NCBI GenBank assembly: GCA_007125435.1
Contig: SLDF01000316.1
Span: 1-42,440 of the forward strand
From: Saprospiraceae bacterium
Lineage (GTDB): Bacteria; Bacteroidota; Bacteroidia; Chitinophagales; Saprospiraceae
DNA length: 42,440 nucleotides
Direction: 5' to 3'
Shown here: one piece after another, positions 19,880-28,785 of the stretch
How the letters are laid out: each line of letters begins with the position of its first letter
How positions within the stretch are numbered: position 1 is the first letter of the stretch
The notes under the pieces: generated by a model
What the model was told of the DNA's origin: nothing
The model's database searches: none
What the model saw: only the letters and a program-made list of their open reading frames with translations
Made by a program: the position numbers and the translations under genes

Positions 19880-20000
19880 CTATTATTTTTATTCATTATC
19901 ATTAATCCATATTTCGATATTAGGATTTGTGCATTCACTAGATTTTATGTTATCATTTTGGGTATTACCCATTGATACTTGCATGATGGATTATATCAGG

Positions 20001-21452
20001 TCAAAAAGAATATTGTAAATTGACCATATTCATCTGCATATTTTGCTGCATCATTCGCATTTGTTGCTCAGGGCTAGACATGAACACCGTGAGCCCTGCC
20101 GGATTGAGATTAAACCTAAGGTTATCGCCAATATCTGACTTTCCGGAGCGAAACAAAGAACTCTTTTTTTGCTTTGCGATTAAGAATCCTCCTATCCAAC
20201 CCATAGTCGCTCCTGCTGCACCCATGAATAAAAAGAACTCAGGTGTATTGTAGGATAATACACCCAGACCTATACCCAGACCAAAGCCGCCAATAGAGCT
20301 CAACGTCACCAAGTTGCCTTGTTTTCGAGAGAGGTTGGTATTTTTTGTCGCTAAATATGAAAGTGATAAACCCAAGCTTGATCCTATCAACATGCCTAAA
20401 GCTTCTGTCCTGTAATAATAACTATCATACGTTAATAAGGCGCCAGACATCAAACCGATGAATCCTGCTGTATTGATAGCTCTGAGGTCTCCGGTAAATC
20501 TTGGATGCTTTCGAAACAGTGCATCAGCTAACCAAACTCCTCCTAAACTACCGGCTAATGTATAAAATGCAAGCCCTGAGGCATCATCATATATATTCTC
20601 ACCTTTGTAAGCTAAATTTGTGTTAAGGCCTGCAAGTCCGCCCCAAAAATTACCGGAATTGTAAAATACAGATTGTGTATATGTAAATTTCCTCTTCTTA
20701 GCCAGATGATAGAACAGCCATCCTTCTACAAGACTTATGCCGGGAATCAGAATACTTTCCATTGTATATTTAGGATCATTAAAGTCCCAGAATATATCAT
20801 CTCCTTTTATCATAACACTTAGAAATGCACCATGTCCATATCCCATCAATGACCCAAAAAAATGCATATTGGCAGCAGCAGGAGGTATATACTTGTCTTT
20901 GGTCAGTAGTAAAGATCCGGCGAGAGTCCCTGCTGCAGCAAAGATTGGCAAAGCGAGACCAAACTGTGTTTTTTGATAATCATTAAATATAACATTCCCT
21001 GCAAAATCAGTAAAAGGTACTTCTCTACGCGTAAGATTGGCCAAAATAGAGGTTTGCGGTATGGCATGAAGAGACATAGAACTCACCAAATATAGTCGAC
21101 CATTTTTCTTGCTATCTTCTTCTTTAGGTACTTCACTTTGTATAAAGTTGGCCTCTAACTCATATCTAAGTTTTTCAAGCTCTTCTAAGCTTATGGGTAT
21201 ATCAGTGACTCTTTGCTCATTTTTTCTTTTGTAATAAACCCTGAGGAAATGATCCTGATCAACCTTATAAAGTTGTATCTGATCAAATACTTGTGGGTAG
21301 GGATTAAGAAAGCTAATATTGCGGGTTTGGGGCTTTTTCACTTCAAAAACATCCGACAGGAATTCTACCTGCTCTACCTCTTGTGCTGATATGGATTGCC
21401 CAATAATAGACAACAAAAAAACACAGCATACTCGGAGCAAATAGGCTTTCAT
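20001..21452 (-). CDS. Uncharacterised Gly-rich polytopic membrane protein, paralog 1 (483 aa)
   Basis: It has a signal peptide and a soluble domain of about 110 aa. Many Gly/Ala/Ser-rich hydrophobic segments follow. The Met/Gln-rich tail ends in LQYSF. It is strongly similar to the 21705-23138 product. Confidence 0.7.
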   Translation of the reverse strand: MKAYLLRVCCVFLLSIIGQSISAQEVEQVEFLSDVFEVKKPQTRNISFLNPYPQVFDQIQLYKVDQDHFLRVYYKRKNEQRVTDIPISLEELEKLRYELEANFIQSEVPKEEDSKKNGRLYLVSSMSLHAIPQTSILANLTRREVPFTDFAGNVIFNDYQKTQFGLALPIFAAAGTLAGSLLLTKDKYIPPAAANMHFFGSLMGYGHGAFLSVMIKGDDIFWDFNDPKYTMESILIPGISLVEGWLFYHLAKKRKFTYTQSVFYNSGNFWGGLAGLNTNLAYKGENIYDDASGLAFYTLAGSLGGVWLADALFRKHPRFTGDLRAINTAGFIGLMSGALLTYDSYYYRTEALGMLIGSSLGLSLSYLATKNTNLSRKQGNLVTLSSIGGFGLGIGLGVLSYNTPEFFLFMGAAGATMGWIGGFLIAKQKKSSLFRSGKSDIGDNLRFNLNPAGLTVFMSSPEQQMRMMQQNMQMNMVNLQYSF

Positions 21453-21499
21453 AGATGAAGTATTGAGGATTTCAACGTTTGCATTTCATTTTGTCAACT

Positions 21500-21635
21500 T
21501 GGGCATCACCCTCGTCCTTTCGTCCTCGGGTCGCTATGCTCCGGGGCTCGCTATTCGCTCGGCCTCGATTTCGCTAAGGCTACATCGAGTCTGGCTTCGC
21601 ATTCGCTTCGCCACCCACTACACAGCGCTGATGCA
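21500..21635 (-). repeat. Interspersed repeat family 2, copy B (136 bp)
   Basis: It runs TGGGCATCACCC...CGCTGATGCA and is the reverse-complement counterpart of 7391-7525. It sits between the two paralogous membrane-protein genes. Confidence 0.85.
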
Positions 21636-21704
21636 TAACTAGAATGAACGACATTTTGAAATATACACTTTACAATTTTACAACAGCTAATATAATTTAA
21701 TTTT

Positions 21705-23138
21705 CTAAAAACTGTAGTTTAAACTCATCATATTCATCTGTATGTTTTGCCGCATCATATTCATTTGTTGGTCAGGGCTAGACATGAGCATCGTGAGTCC
21801 TGCCGGATTGATATTGAATTGAAGATTATTGCCGAGATCTTTTGATCTTGTCCGTCTTGTACTCTCATTGTTTTTAAAATACAAATAACTACCGATCCAG
21901 CCCAAGGTAGCTCCAAGAGCCATGCTAAATACTGCTGAACCAGAATCTAAGTCGCTAACTAAGCCAACACCTGTACCCAATGCAAAGCCACCAATTGAGC
22001 TCAATAGTACCATACCACCTTCGAACTTGGAAAAATTAGTTGATGAAGTACTCATATAGGTACTGGCAATACCAACGCCAGCTCCGATTAAAGCAGCAGT
22101 AGATATGGCGCGATCATTAGTGGATTCATAAACAAAAGCCAAACCTAAATTTACCCCAATAAAGCCAGCTGTATTAATGGCTCTCAAGTCTCCTGAAGAG
22201 CGTGGATGTTTCTTATGTAATACATCAAATAACCATAGTCCACCTAAACTACCTGCCAATCCGAAGAAGCCGTAGCCGGCTGGATCGGCATCAAAACTGC
22301 CTGCGGTCATTTGGTAACCCAATAGTCCAGTGGATCCACCCCAAAAATTACCGGTATTATACGCCATAGACTGGGCATATGTAAACTTCCGTTTTTTGGC
22401 CAGATAGTATCCCACCCATCCTTCTACAATGCTTACACCCGATATCAAGAGGCTCTCTGTCACGAAGCGAACGTCGTCACCGATGAATAGTCCGTCGCGC
22501 TTAATAGTCGACGCTATCATAGCACCATGACCATATCCAAATGCTGAACCAAAGAAATGCATGTTAGCAGCAGCAGGCGATATATAGCGATCTCTGGTAA
22601 GGAGTATAGATGAAGTAATAGCTCCTGCCGTAGTAAAAAAAGGTAAGGCTAGTCCAAAGGTGGACTTTTCATAAAAACTGTATGGAGGTCCAAAATCGGG
22701 AACGACTGTGACTTTCTGTCTGGTCAAATTGGCTAATATGATACTTTGAGGAATTGAGTGCAGTGAAGCTGATGTTACGAGATAATATCGACTGCTCTTG
22801 TCATCTTCATCGGCAGTTTTGCCGGAAGACGCTCTACTGGCTAGAATGGCCTCCCTTAATTCGGTTAGTTCTTCCTGAGACAAGGGTACATCTTCTGACC
22901 AAGACTCTCTTTTTTTACGAAAGAAAATCCTCAATACGTATTGCCCATCATCAAGAAATAACTGGGCGCGATCAAAGTCTTTTTCATAATCCTTCAATAC
23001 ATCAGCTTGCTGACGCTGTGTGTTACTTAACTCAAACACACCGGGAATGAAAGCAACCTGTTCTCCCTGAGCATTGGCGTGCATTGCAAATACTATGCAT
23101 AGGCAAAGTGGTACCAAGATCTGAGTCAATGTTTTCAT
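21705..23138 (-). CDS. Uncharacterised Gly-rich polytopic membrane protein, paralog 2 (477 aa)
   Basis: It has the same architecture as 20001-21452. Shared motifs are AANMHFFGS..GYGHGA, VEGW...LAKKRKFTY, GNFWGG and GDLRAINTAGFIG. The tail is SSPDQQMNMMRQNIQMNMMSLNYSF. Confidence 0.7.
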   Translation of the reverse strand: MKTLTQILVPLCLCIVFAMHANAQGEQVAFIPGVFELSNTQRQQADVLKDYEKDFDRAQLFLDDGQYVLRIFFRKKRESWSEDVPLSQEELTELREAILASRASSGKTADEDDKSSRYYLVTSASLHSIPQSIILANLTRQKVTVVPDFGPPYSFYEKSTFGLALPFFTTAGAITSSILLTRDRYISPAAANMHFFGSAFGYGHGAMIASTIKRDGLFIGDDVRFVTESLLISGVSIVEGWVGYYLAKKRKFTYAQSMAYNTGNFWGGSTGLLGYQMTAGSFDADPAGYGFFGLAGSLGGLWLFDVLHKKHPRSSGDLRAINTAGFIGVNLGLAFVYESTNDRAISTAALIGAGVGIASTYMSTSSTNFSKFEGGMVLLSSIGGFALGTGVGLVSDLDSGSAVFSMALGATLGWIGSYLYFKNNESTRRTRSKDLGNNLQFNINPAGLTMLMSSPDQQMNMMRQNIQMNMMSLNYSF

Positions 23139-23289
23139 AAGTTTAGATTAATATGTTATTAACTTTCAAATGTAATCAAAGTCAGTGAATCTGCACAAAT
23201 CGTTACGATATTTAACATTGTATTGCTTCCAATACAACTAAAAAGCACATCCGCTTAAAACCTGCAAACCATAAGCATGGGAGATAAGA

Positions 23290-23975
23290 TAAAAGATAAC
23301 GAAAGGTCGAATGTCTAAAGGTCGGAAAGTCGCATTTTTAAGAGTCCAAAGGTCAAAAGTCTGAAGGCCGGAAAGTCGAAAGTCTTAAGGAGCTCAGAAG
23401 CTCGGGAGCTTAGGTGTAGTCACTAGTTATTTGATATATTTTTTGTATCGAAGAAGGTATTCTAGGGTGTTTTTTTGTCTGAAAGTCCAAGGTCTTAAGG
23501 AGCGAAGGAGCGAAGGAGCTTAGGTATAGTCTTTAGTTATGTATTTGTTTTTTGTGAAGAAGAAAATCGTCTATGGTGTCTTTTTGGGTCTGAAAGTCGA
23601 AGGTCTCATGGTCGGAAAGTCAAAGGTCTAAAGGTCAAAGGTCTTAAGGTCAGAAAGTCGAAGGTCACTTTAGAAGATAAAAGACAAAAGGAAAAAGATA
23701 AAAGGAACATTTTAAAAGAGCCAAGGCAAAAGGTAAAAGAGCCAAGGCAAAAGAAGAGATAAAAAGAGTCAAATGTCGAAAAGTCTGAAAGTCTGAAAGT
23801 CCAAGGTCTTAGGGAGCTTAGGAGCGAAGGAGCTTAGGTATAGTCATTAGTTATGTATTTGTTTTTTGTGAAGAAGAAAATCGTCTATGGTGTCTTTTTG
23901 GGTCTGAGGTCTTTTTAAAAGACAAAAGGAAGATGATAAAAGCAGGAAGACTGTGAAAGGTCAAAAGTCAATTGG
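23290..23975 (+). repeat. Purine-rich AAGGTC/AAAGTC satellite tract with embedded longer repeat units
   Basis: There are dozens of 7-10-nt units ending in GGTC, AGTC or GAGC, for example GAAAGGTC, TAAAGGTC, GGAAAGTC and GAAGGAGC. Three copies of a 79-bp unit lie at 23405-23482 (diverged), 23515-23593 and 23829-23907; the last two differ at one base. A 21-bp tandem AAAAGAGCCAAGGCAAAAG occurs twice (23714-23732 and 23735-23753). No ORF is present on either strand. Confidence 0.85.
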
Positions 23976-24160
23976 TGATATAGCGGCGCGTGGTGCTTTG
24001 GTTGACCTGATTCTTGATAAAAGCTAGGTCCAAGCCTCAGCGTGGCGACATATTAATAGCCCGGGGCGTAAGCCCTGGGTTTGTAAATTTATTACCAAAT
24101 TATTTGGCGTTGTTTTTGCGCTGAAAGAAGCAAAAATCGTGACAAAACTAATCGAACGAA

Positions 24161-24494
24161 CCTACCAATAAAACTTGAAAGCCCTCAGTCATCTTCAAGC
24201 ATAAACAGCGAAGATAGCGTCGCTATCGCAGCGTAAACAGCAAACGGAGGCGATAGCCGACCGTTTGCCTAAACAGCGAAGCGTAAACAATCCGCAACCC
24301 GCAACTCGCAACTCTTTTCTGCGTGAGGGATAGCAGCGATATGAACAGGGCTGGCATAGGTAGTGGAGCGCTGGAGGGAGGGGCGACCGAACGGAAGCCA
24401 CTCAAAACAGCAGCGACACTCTATGGCAGCCCTGTGAATACAAGCGGATAGCCCGACCCCGCACGATAGTAAGGGGGCACGCCCAAAGAACGAA
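24161..24494 (-). repeat. Structured repeat family 3 (R3), short copy (334 bp)
   Basis: Its reverse complement aligns with 36328-36424 (TTCGTT..TGGGCGTG...GGGCTAT.CGCTTGTATTCACAGG.CTGCCATAGAGTGTCGCTGCTG). It also aligns with 36745-36939 (CCCTCACGC.AAAA...GTTTACGCTTCGCTGTTTA...GCTTGAAGATGA...CTTTCAAGTT). It starts 16 nt after the DinB stop. Confidence 0.8.
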
Positions 24495-24509
24495 AATTTA
24501 CCCGCCCAA

Positions 24510-25043
24510 CTATGCTTCCAGTTGCTTTAGGATATTGAAGATTTGCTGTGTGTGTCGATCGACGTGGGACTGGATGAACTTGAGCGCTTGTTTTAGATTC
24601 ATCTTGCCGGCTATTGGATGTTTAAATACTTCTGCGTTTATCTGCTCTGCGGTCATCGTCGAAAGGAGCTGGTCCAATTGCAACCTGACGGTTTTCCATC
24701 GTGACATGGCCTGGTCCAGAGTGGCGCTGTTGTCTGGGTTGCCTATAAATCGCGGTGCGCGAAACTTGATGGGCAAAATCATCGCAAATTTGAGCATAAG
24801 ATACCTAAAAAATGATGCTGGTCCGGCTGACGGTATCGGCTCACCGCCTGTGGTCTTTTTCTTGAGGTATTCAATTGTGGATTGTTCTGAAAGAATGAGG
24901 TGATCAATGACCTGAACAACGGACCAGCTATCGCCGTTGACTTTTTCATTCATGACTTCTGAAGGATAGCTCTGCAATCGTTGATAGAGGTCTTCTCTGT
25001 GATTTTCCATCTTTTGGAATAAGTGGTCAATGGACTTATGCAT
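24510..25043 (-). CDS. DinB-family protein (177 aa)
   Basis: The length and helical-bundle pattern are typical of DinB_2-type proteins (WSVVQVIDHLILSE..., ...FIQSHVDRHTQQI). Confidence 0.75.
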   Translation of the reverse strand: MHKSIDHLFQKMENHREDLYQRLQSYPSEVMNEKVNGDSWSVVQVIDHLILSEQSTIEYLKKKTTGGEPIPSAGPASFFRYLMLKFAMILPIKFRAPRFIGNPDNSATLDQAMSRWKTVRLQLDQLLSTMTAEQINAEVFKHPIAGKMNLKQALKFIQSHVDRHTQQIFNILKQLEA

Positions 25044-25172
25044 GGTATGTATTTGTAAGTGCGGTGTAAAATACGTATTTTCGATCGCATTTGCAGATTT
25101 ACTGATGAAAATACAGTAAAGCTAGTCGTAAAGCGCAAAGGCCAAATCATTCATAAGCCAAATAACACAGAT

Positions 25173-26315
25173 ATGGACAGATATCACCGTCAAATTATCA
25201 TGCCTGAAGTCGGCGCAGTGGGGCAAGACAAGCTCAAAGCAGCATCAGTCCTTGTCATAGGTGCCGGTGGTCTCGGATGTCCGGCTTTGTCTTATCTGAC
25301 GGCAGCTGGTATCGGTACCATAGGTATAGTGGATGGTGACTGTGTAGACTTATCAAACTTGCATCGCCAGGTTTTATATCAAACAAAGGATGTAGGTAAG
25401 CCCAAATCGGAGACAGCAGCTAAGCGGCTCAAAGCACTTAATCCCAATGTGTTATTCCATGCTTATCCGACCTGTCTGGACACTGATAATGCGCTCGAGA
25501 TCATGACGCCATATGACATCGTGCTTGACGGCACAGATAATTTTCCGGCTCGGTATCTGATCAATGATGCATGCTTGTTACTGGATAAAGTCAATGTATT
25601 TGCTTCGGTATTTAGGTTTGATGGACAGTTGACTGTATTCAATTACAGATACGATGACGGTACTTATGGCCCTAATTACAGAGACCTATACCCCGCTCCT
25701 CCGGCTGCCGATAGTGTCCCCAGCTGTGCTGAAGGGGGTGTCCTCGGTGTGCTGCCCGGCATCATGGGAGCTTTACAGGCTGCAGAGGCGATAAAGATAT
25801 TGCTGGGAATCGGTGACCCTATCGTTGGTAGAATGATGATATTGGATACGCTTCATGGGGAGACCCGGTATATGTCTTTCAAAAAGAGACCGGAACACTG
25901 GAATGGCAATAAACAGATCATTGTTGAAAAATTGATAGATTATGACTTATTTTGCAGCGATTATCAAAACACATCTAGTCAAAGAAATAATACTATGATC
26001 AAAGAAGTCAATGTCAGCGAACTAAAAGAAATGATGGATAACAATGAAGACTTCCAACTCATCGATGTCCGTGAACCTTATGAAGCCGAAATAGCTGAGA
26101 TGGGTGGAAAACTGATACCAATGGGAGAATTGCTCGATCGTGTAGATGAGATCAGCAAAGATAAGAAAGTCGTCGTCCACTGTCGAAGTGGCGCGAGAAG
26201 TGCCAGTGTTATCCAAATGTTGCAAGATCGCTTCGACTATGACAATTTATATAATTTAAAAGGCGGTATTCTGGCCTGGGCAGACCAGATAGATACGTCT
26301 TTAGAAAAATACTAA
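25173..26315 (+). CDS. moeB: MoeB/ThiF-family adenylyltransferase fused to a C-terminal rhodanese domain (380 aa from Met-39 of the ORF)
   Basis: It begins MDRYHRQIIMPEVG. It has the nucleotide-binding motif GAGGLGCP, plus DGDCVDLSNLHRQ and CAEGGVLG. The rhodanese active-site loop is HCRSGARS. The ORF-track start at 25059 adds 38 non-conserved residues, so I prefer the ATG at 25173. Confidence 0.85.
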   Translation: MDRYHRQIIMPEVGAVGQDKLKAASVLVIGAGGLGCPALSYLTAAGIGTIGIVDGDCVDLSNLHRQVLYQTKDVGKPKSETAAKRLKALNPNVLFHAYPTCLDTDNALEIMTPYDIVLDGTDNFPARYLINDACLLLDKVNVFASVFRFDGQLTVFNYRYDDGTYGPNYRDLYPAPPAADSVPSCAEGGVLGVLPGIMGALQAAEAIKILLGIGDPIVGRMMILDTLHGETRYMSFKKRPEHWNGNKQIIVEKLIDYDLFCSDYQNTSSQRNNTMIKEVNVSELKEMMDNNEDFQLIDVREPYEAEIAEMGGKLIPMGELLDRVDEISKDKKVVVHCRSGARSASVIQMLQDRFDYDNLYNLKGGILAWADQIDTSLEKY

Positions 26316-26319
26316 TACC

Positions 26320-27117
26320 ATGACCAGGATGAAAAGCTCATTTGCAATTACGATGTTATTGTCAGCGGTAATACTTATCTCATGCGGCAGTCCTTCCGGC
26401 GAATCGCAAGAGGGTAAGCCTGATATGCACACCAGCCAAATCGCATTGGACTGGGACGGTGTATACACCGGTACCTTACCTTGTGCAGACTGTGAAGGGA
26501 TCATGACAGTCATCAATATCAATAAAGAAGGTACTTACACCAGAGCGACAAAGTATATCGGCAAGTCAAATGCAATCTTTAACGAGCGAGGTCAATTTGA
26601 GTGGGCTGAAGACGGTAATCACATACAGTTGATTGGATCTGACCCTACCACCACTGCCAATCAGTACAAGGTGGTTGAGAATGGATTGATCCAGCTCGAC
26701 ATAGAAGGGCAAACCATCAAAGGCGATAATGCCGACCTGTACCGCCTCGACAAGGTGGATGAGTCTGCTCTAACAAATAAAAGATGGCGATTAGTCACTT
26801 TAAATGACAAAGAAATAGTCATGCAGGCCAAAGCACAAAAAATGCCATATCTGGTCATCGAGAGTGAAGAAGATCGCATCATCGGTTTTGCCGGGTGTAA
26901 TCGCTTTAATGGGGGATATGAACAGACCAATAGTGAAGGCATTCGATTTTCAAAAATAGCATCTACTAAAATGGCATGTGACTACATTTCTCTGGAAGCT
27001 GAGTATCTTCAAACACTAGAAACTGTAGAAACATACAAAATCGATCAGGGTCAATTGACGCTAATGAATACTGAAGGTGATGAAATCCTGGTGTTCTCTG
27101 TAATGTATATGTATTGA
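26320..27117 (+). CDS. Lipoprotein with an NlpE-N-like (CxxC) domain plus a META/HslJ-like domain (265 aa)
   Basis: It has a lipobox (VILISCGS), an NlpE-type motif (YTGTLPCADCEGI) and META-type motifs (WRLVTLNDKE, GFAGCNRFNGGYE, STKMAC). Confidence 0.8.
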   Translation: MTRMKSSFAITMLLSAVILISCGSPSGESQEGKPDMHTSQIALDWDGVYTGTLPCADCEGIMTVININKEGTYTRATKYIGKSNAIFNERGQFEWAEDGNHIQLIGSDPTTTANQYKVVENGLIQLDIEGQTIKGDNADLYRLDKVDESALTNKRWRLVTLNDKEIVMQAKAQKMPYLVIESEEDRIIGFAGCNRFNGGYEQTNSEGIRFSKIASTKMACDYISLEAEYLQTLETVETYKIDQGQLTLMNTEGDEILVFSVMYMY

Positions 27118-27339
27118 ATTCTCCCGATAGAGCGAAAAGTAAGCTAGCTAGAGATATAGGCTTAAAGATTCACACTATTTTGAGTCTCACTGTGAATTTC
27201 TAATTCATAATTCATATAAAAAATAAATGGCGAGTCTGTAAACCAAAGTGGTATTAAAAAGTTTGTTATCATTGTACCGTAGATCAACGACAATAACTAG
27301 TGTCATCGAATGAAGCTGTAAAGCTAAAATCCAAAATTT

Positions 27340-28785
27340 ATGACAATGAGCGTTGGTATTGAAGATTTGGCGGTTTACGTTCCCCGCATTTACTTTCCCA
27401 TTAAAGATCTTGCAGAGTTAAGACAAATAGAATACGCTAAGCTTCACCGGGGACTTGGCCTTGAAAAGATGTCATTATGTGATGTAGATGAAAATGTAGC
27501 CACCATGGGTGCAGAGGCTATTTTAGACTTGCTGGCTCGCCAGGACATTGACCCCGCAGAGATCAGTAGAATCTACCTTGGTACAGAAAGCGCCTTAGAC
27601 AGTTCTAAGCCTACATCCACATACATGGTAGAGATGATAGAAATGGTCTATGGTAAGGGAGCATTTAGGCACTGTGATGTTGTAGATCTTACTTTTGCTT
27701 GTATAGGCGCTGTGGATGCACTTGAAAACTGTCTGGACTATATCAGAGCCAATCCCAATGAAAAAGCAATAGTAGTGGCCGCAGATGAAGCACTGTATGA
27801 GCAAAACTCTACCGGAGAATATACGCAGGGCGCCGGGGCAGTTGCCTTACTCGTCAAAAGTCAACCTAGATTAATGAGCTTTGCGACCAAATTCGCGGCG
27901 TCTATGTCTTCTGCATTGGATTTTTACAAGCCATTGCGAAGGCTATCGACTGACCTGATTGAGGACAAATCGCAAGCTCAGAATGATTTAGATACCAGTC
28001 TGGACAAGGCATCGATAAATGTCCATACATCGACACCGGTTTTTGATGGTCAATATTCTAATACATGCTATCAGCAAAGAATAGAAGAGGCATTTAGGCA
28101 TTTTTGTAAAATTAAGGATTGTAATGCAGGTGTTTTACACACATGGGAGCGATTGATCTTTCATCTGCCTTATGCTTCTCATGCCCGTCGAGTCTGCCAA
28201 CCGGTCTTTATCGACGCTTTAATCGCTGAAGGTAGATTGGAGATATTCTGTAAAGAACAAGGTCTGAACATGGAGCTGCTTAGTGAGGACGCTATAGGGT
28301 TTTATAAGCAAATGTCCAAAACACCGGCTTATCAATCATTTGTGCGTAGTAAACTGAGTGATAGCGCTCTGGCATCATCACAGGTTGGTAACCTGTACAC
28401 AGCATCCATATTTATGGCATTGGCTAGTGCATTGCACCACAGTATGGAAGAAGATTTGGAAGGAAAGGCGATCGGTTTCTTTGCCTATGGCAGTGGTTCT
28501 AAGTCAAAGGTCTTTGAGGGGCGACTGGAAGCCGGCTGGCGTCAAGCAGTGGCAGACATTAGGCTGAACGAAAAACTCGATGATCGACAATCCATTAACA
28601 CTGACACTTACCTTGCACTTAGAAAAGGAAAAGTCGATGCGCCTATAGCTCCTGAAAGGAGACGTTTTGTAACAAAAGAAAATAATGCTGACGATTATAT
28701 GCGTCATGCGCACCTATTTGCCACTGTGGAATGTAATGCGGAGCAGAAATCAGACCTTGTCGGCCAGGAAAATGGTAGGTATTGA
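27340..28785 (+). CDS. mvaS: Hydroxymethylglutaryl-CoA synthase family protein (481 aa)
   Basis: The catalytic-region motifs are GTESALDSSK (Glu), TFACIGAVDAL (Cys) and HLPYASHA (His), with GNLYTASIFMAL near the C-terminus. It is longer than typical bacterial MvaS proteins, with an internal insertion and a C-terminal extension. Confidence 0.85.
   Translation: MTMSVGIEDLAVYVPRIYFPIKDLAELRQIEYAKLHRGLGLEKMSLCDVDENVATMGAEAILDLLARQDIDPAEISRIYLGTESALDSSKPTSTYMVEMIEMVYGKGAFRHCDVVDLTFACIGAVDALENCLDYIRANPNEKAIVVAADEALYEQNSTGEYTQGAGAVALLVKSQPRLMSFATKFAASMSSALDFYKPLRRLSTDLIEDKSQAQNDLDTSLDKASINVHTSTPVFDGQYSNTCYQQRIEEAFRHFCKIKDCNAGVLHTWERLIFHLPYASHARRVCQPVFIDALIAEGRLEIFCKEQGLNMELLSEDAIGFYKQMSKTPAYQSFVRSKLSDSALASSQVGNLYTASIFMALASALHHSMEEDLEGKAIGFFAYGSGSKSKVFEGRLEAGWRQAVADIRLNEKLDDRQSINTDTYLALRKGKVDAPIAPERRRFVTKENNADDYMRHAHLFATVECNAEQKSDLVGQENGRY

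Noticed and set aside
23290-23975. Possible CRISPR array in the repeat-dense 23.3-24.0 kb tract, or in the conserved-flank/variable-hairpin part of R3.
   Set aside because: The units are 7-10 nt, degenerate and contiguous, with no unique 25-40-nt spacers. R3 has only two short palindromic variable segments. No cas genes are in the window.
24161-24335. Integron attC-like sites, suggested by the GTTTA-containing conserved flanks around imperfect palindromes.
   Set aside because: The flanks read GTTTAGG, GTTTAAT or GTTTATG, which do not fit the GTTRRRY core. No integron integrase or cassette-like promoterless ORF organisation is present.
24195-24405. ORFs 24195-24401 and 24223-24405 on the minus strand (68 and 60 aa), and ORF 36697-36912 on the plus strand (71 aa). 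They share a ...LRV.GC.LFTLRCL... stretch.
   Set aside because: They lie entirely within the two R3 repeat copies. The peptide similarity exists only where the DNA is conserved. The variable parts are perfect DNA palindromes, which fits structural rather than coding constraint. I saw no plausible start context.
25059-25172. The ORF-track start at 25059 for the MoeB-like gene.
   Set aside because: The first 38 residues (MRCKIRIFDRICRF...) are not MoeB-like, and the region lies within 15 nt of the divergent DinB gene start. The conserved family N-terminus MDRYHRQI begins at 25173.
25044-25172. Possible Moco or other riboswitch in the leader of the MoeB-like gene. More generally, I also looked for tRNA, tmRNA, RNase P and rRNA signatures anywhere in the window.
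   Set aside because: I could not find the conserved Moco-motif blocks, T-loop GTTCRANYC-type boxes, or other diagnostic RNA signatures by eye. A cmscan or tRNAscan run would be needed to be certain.
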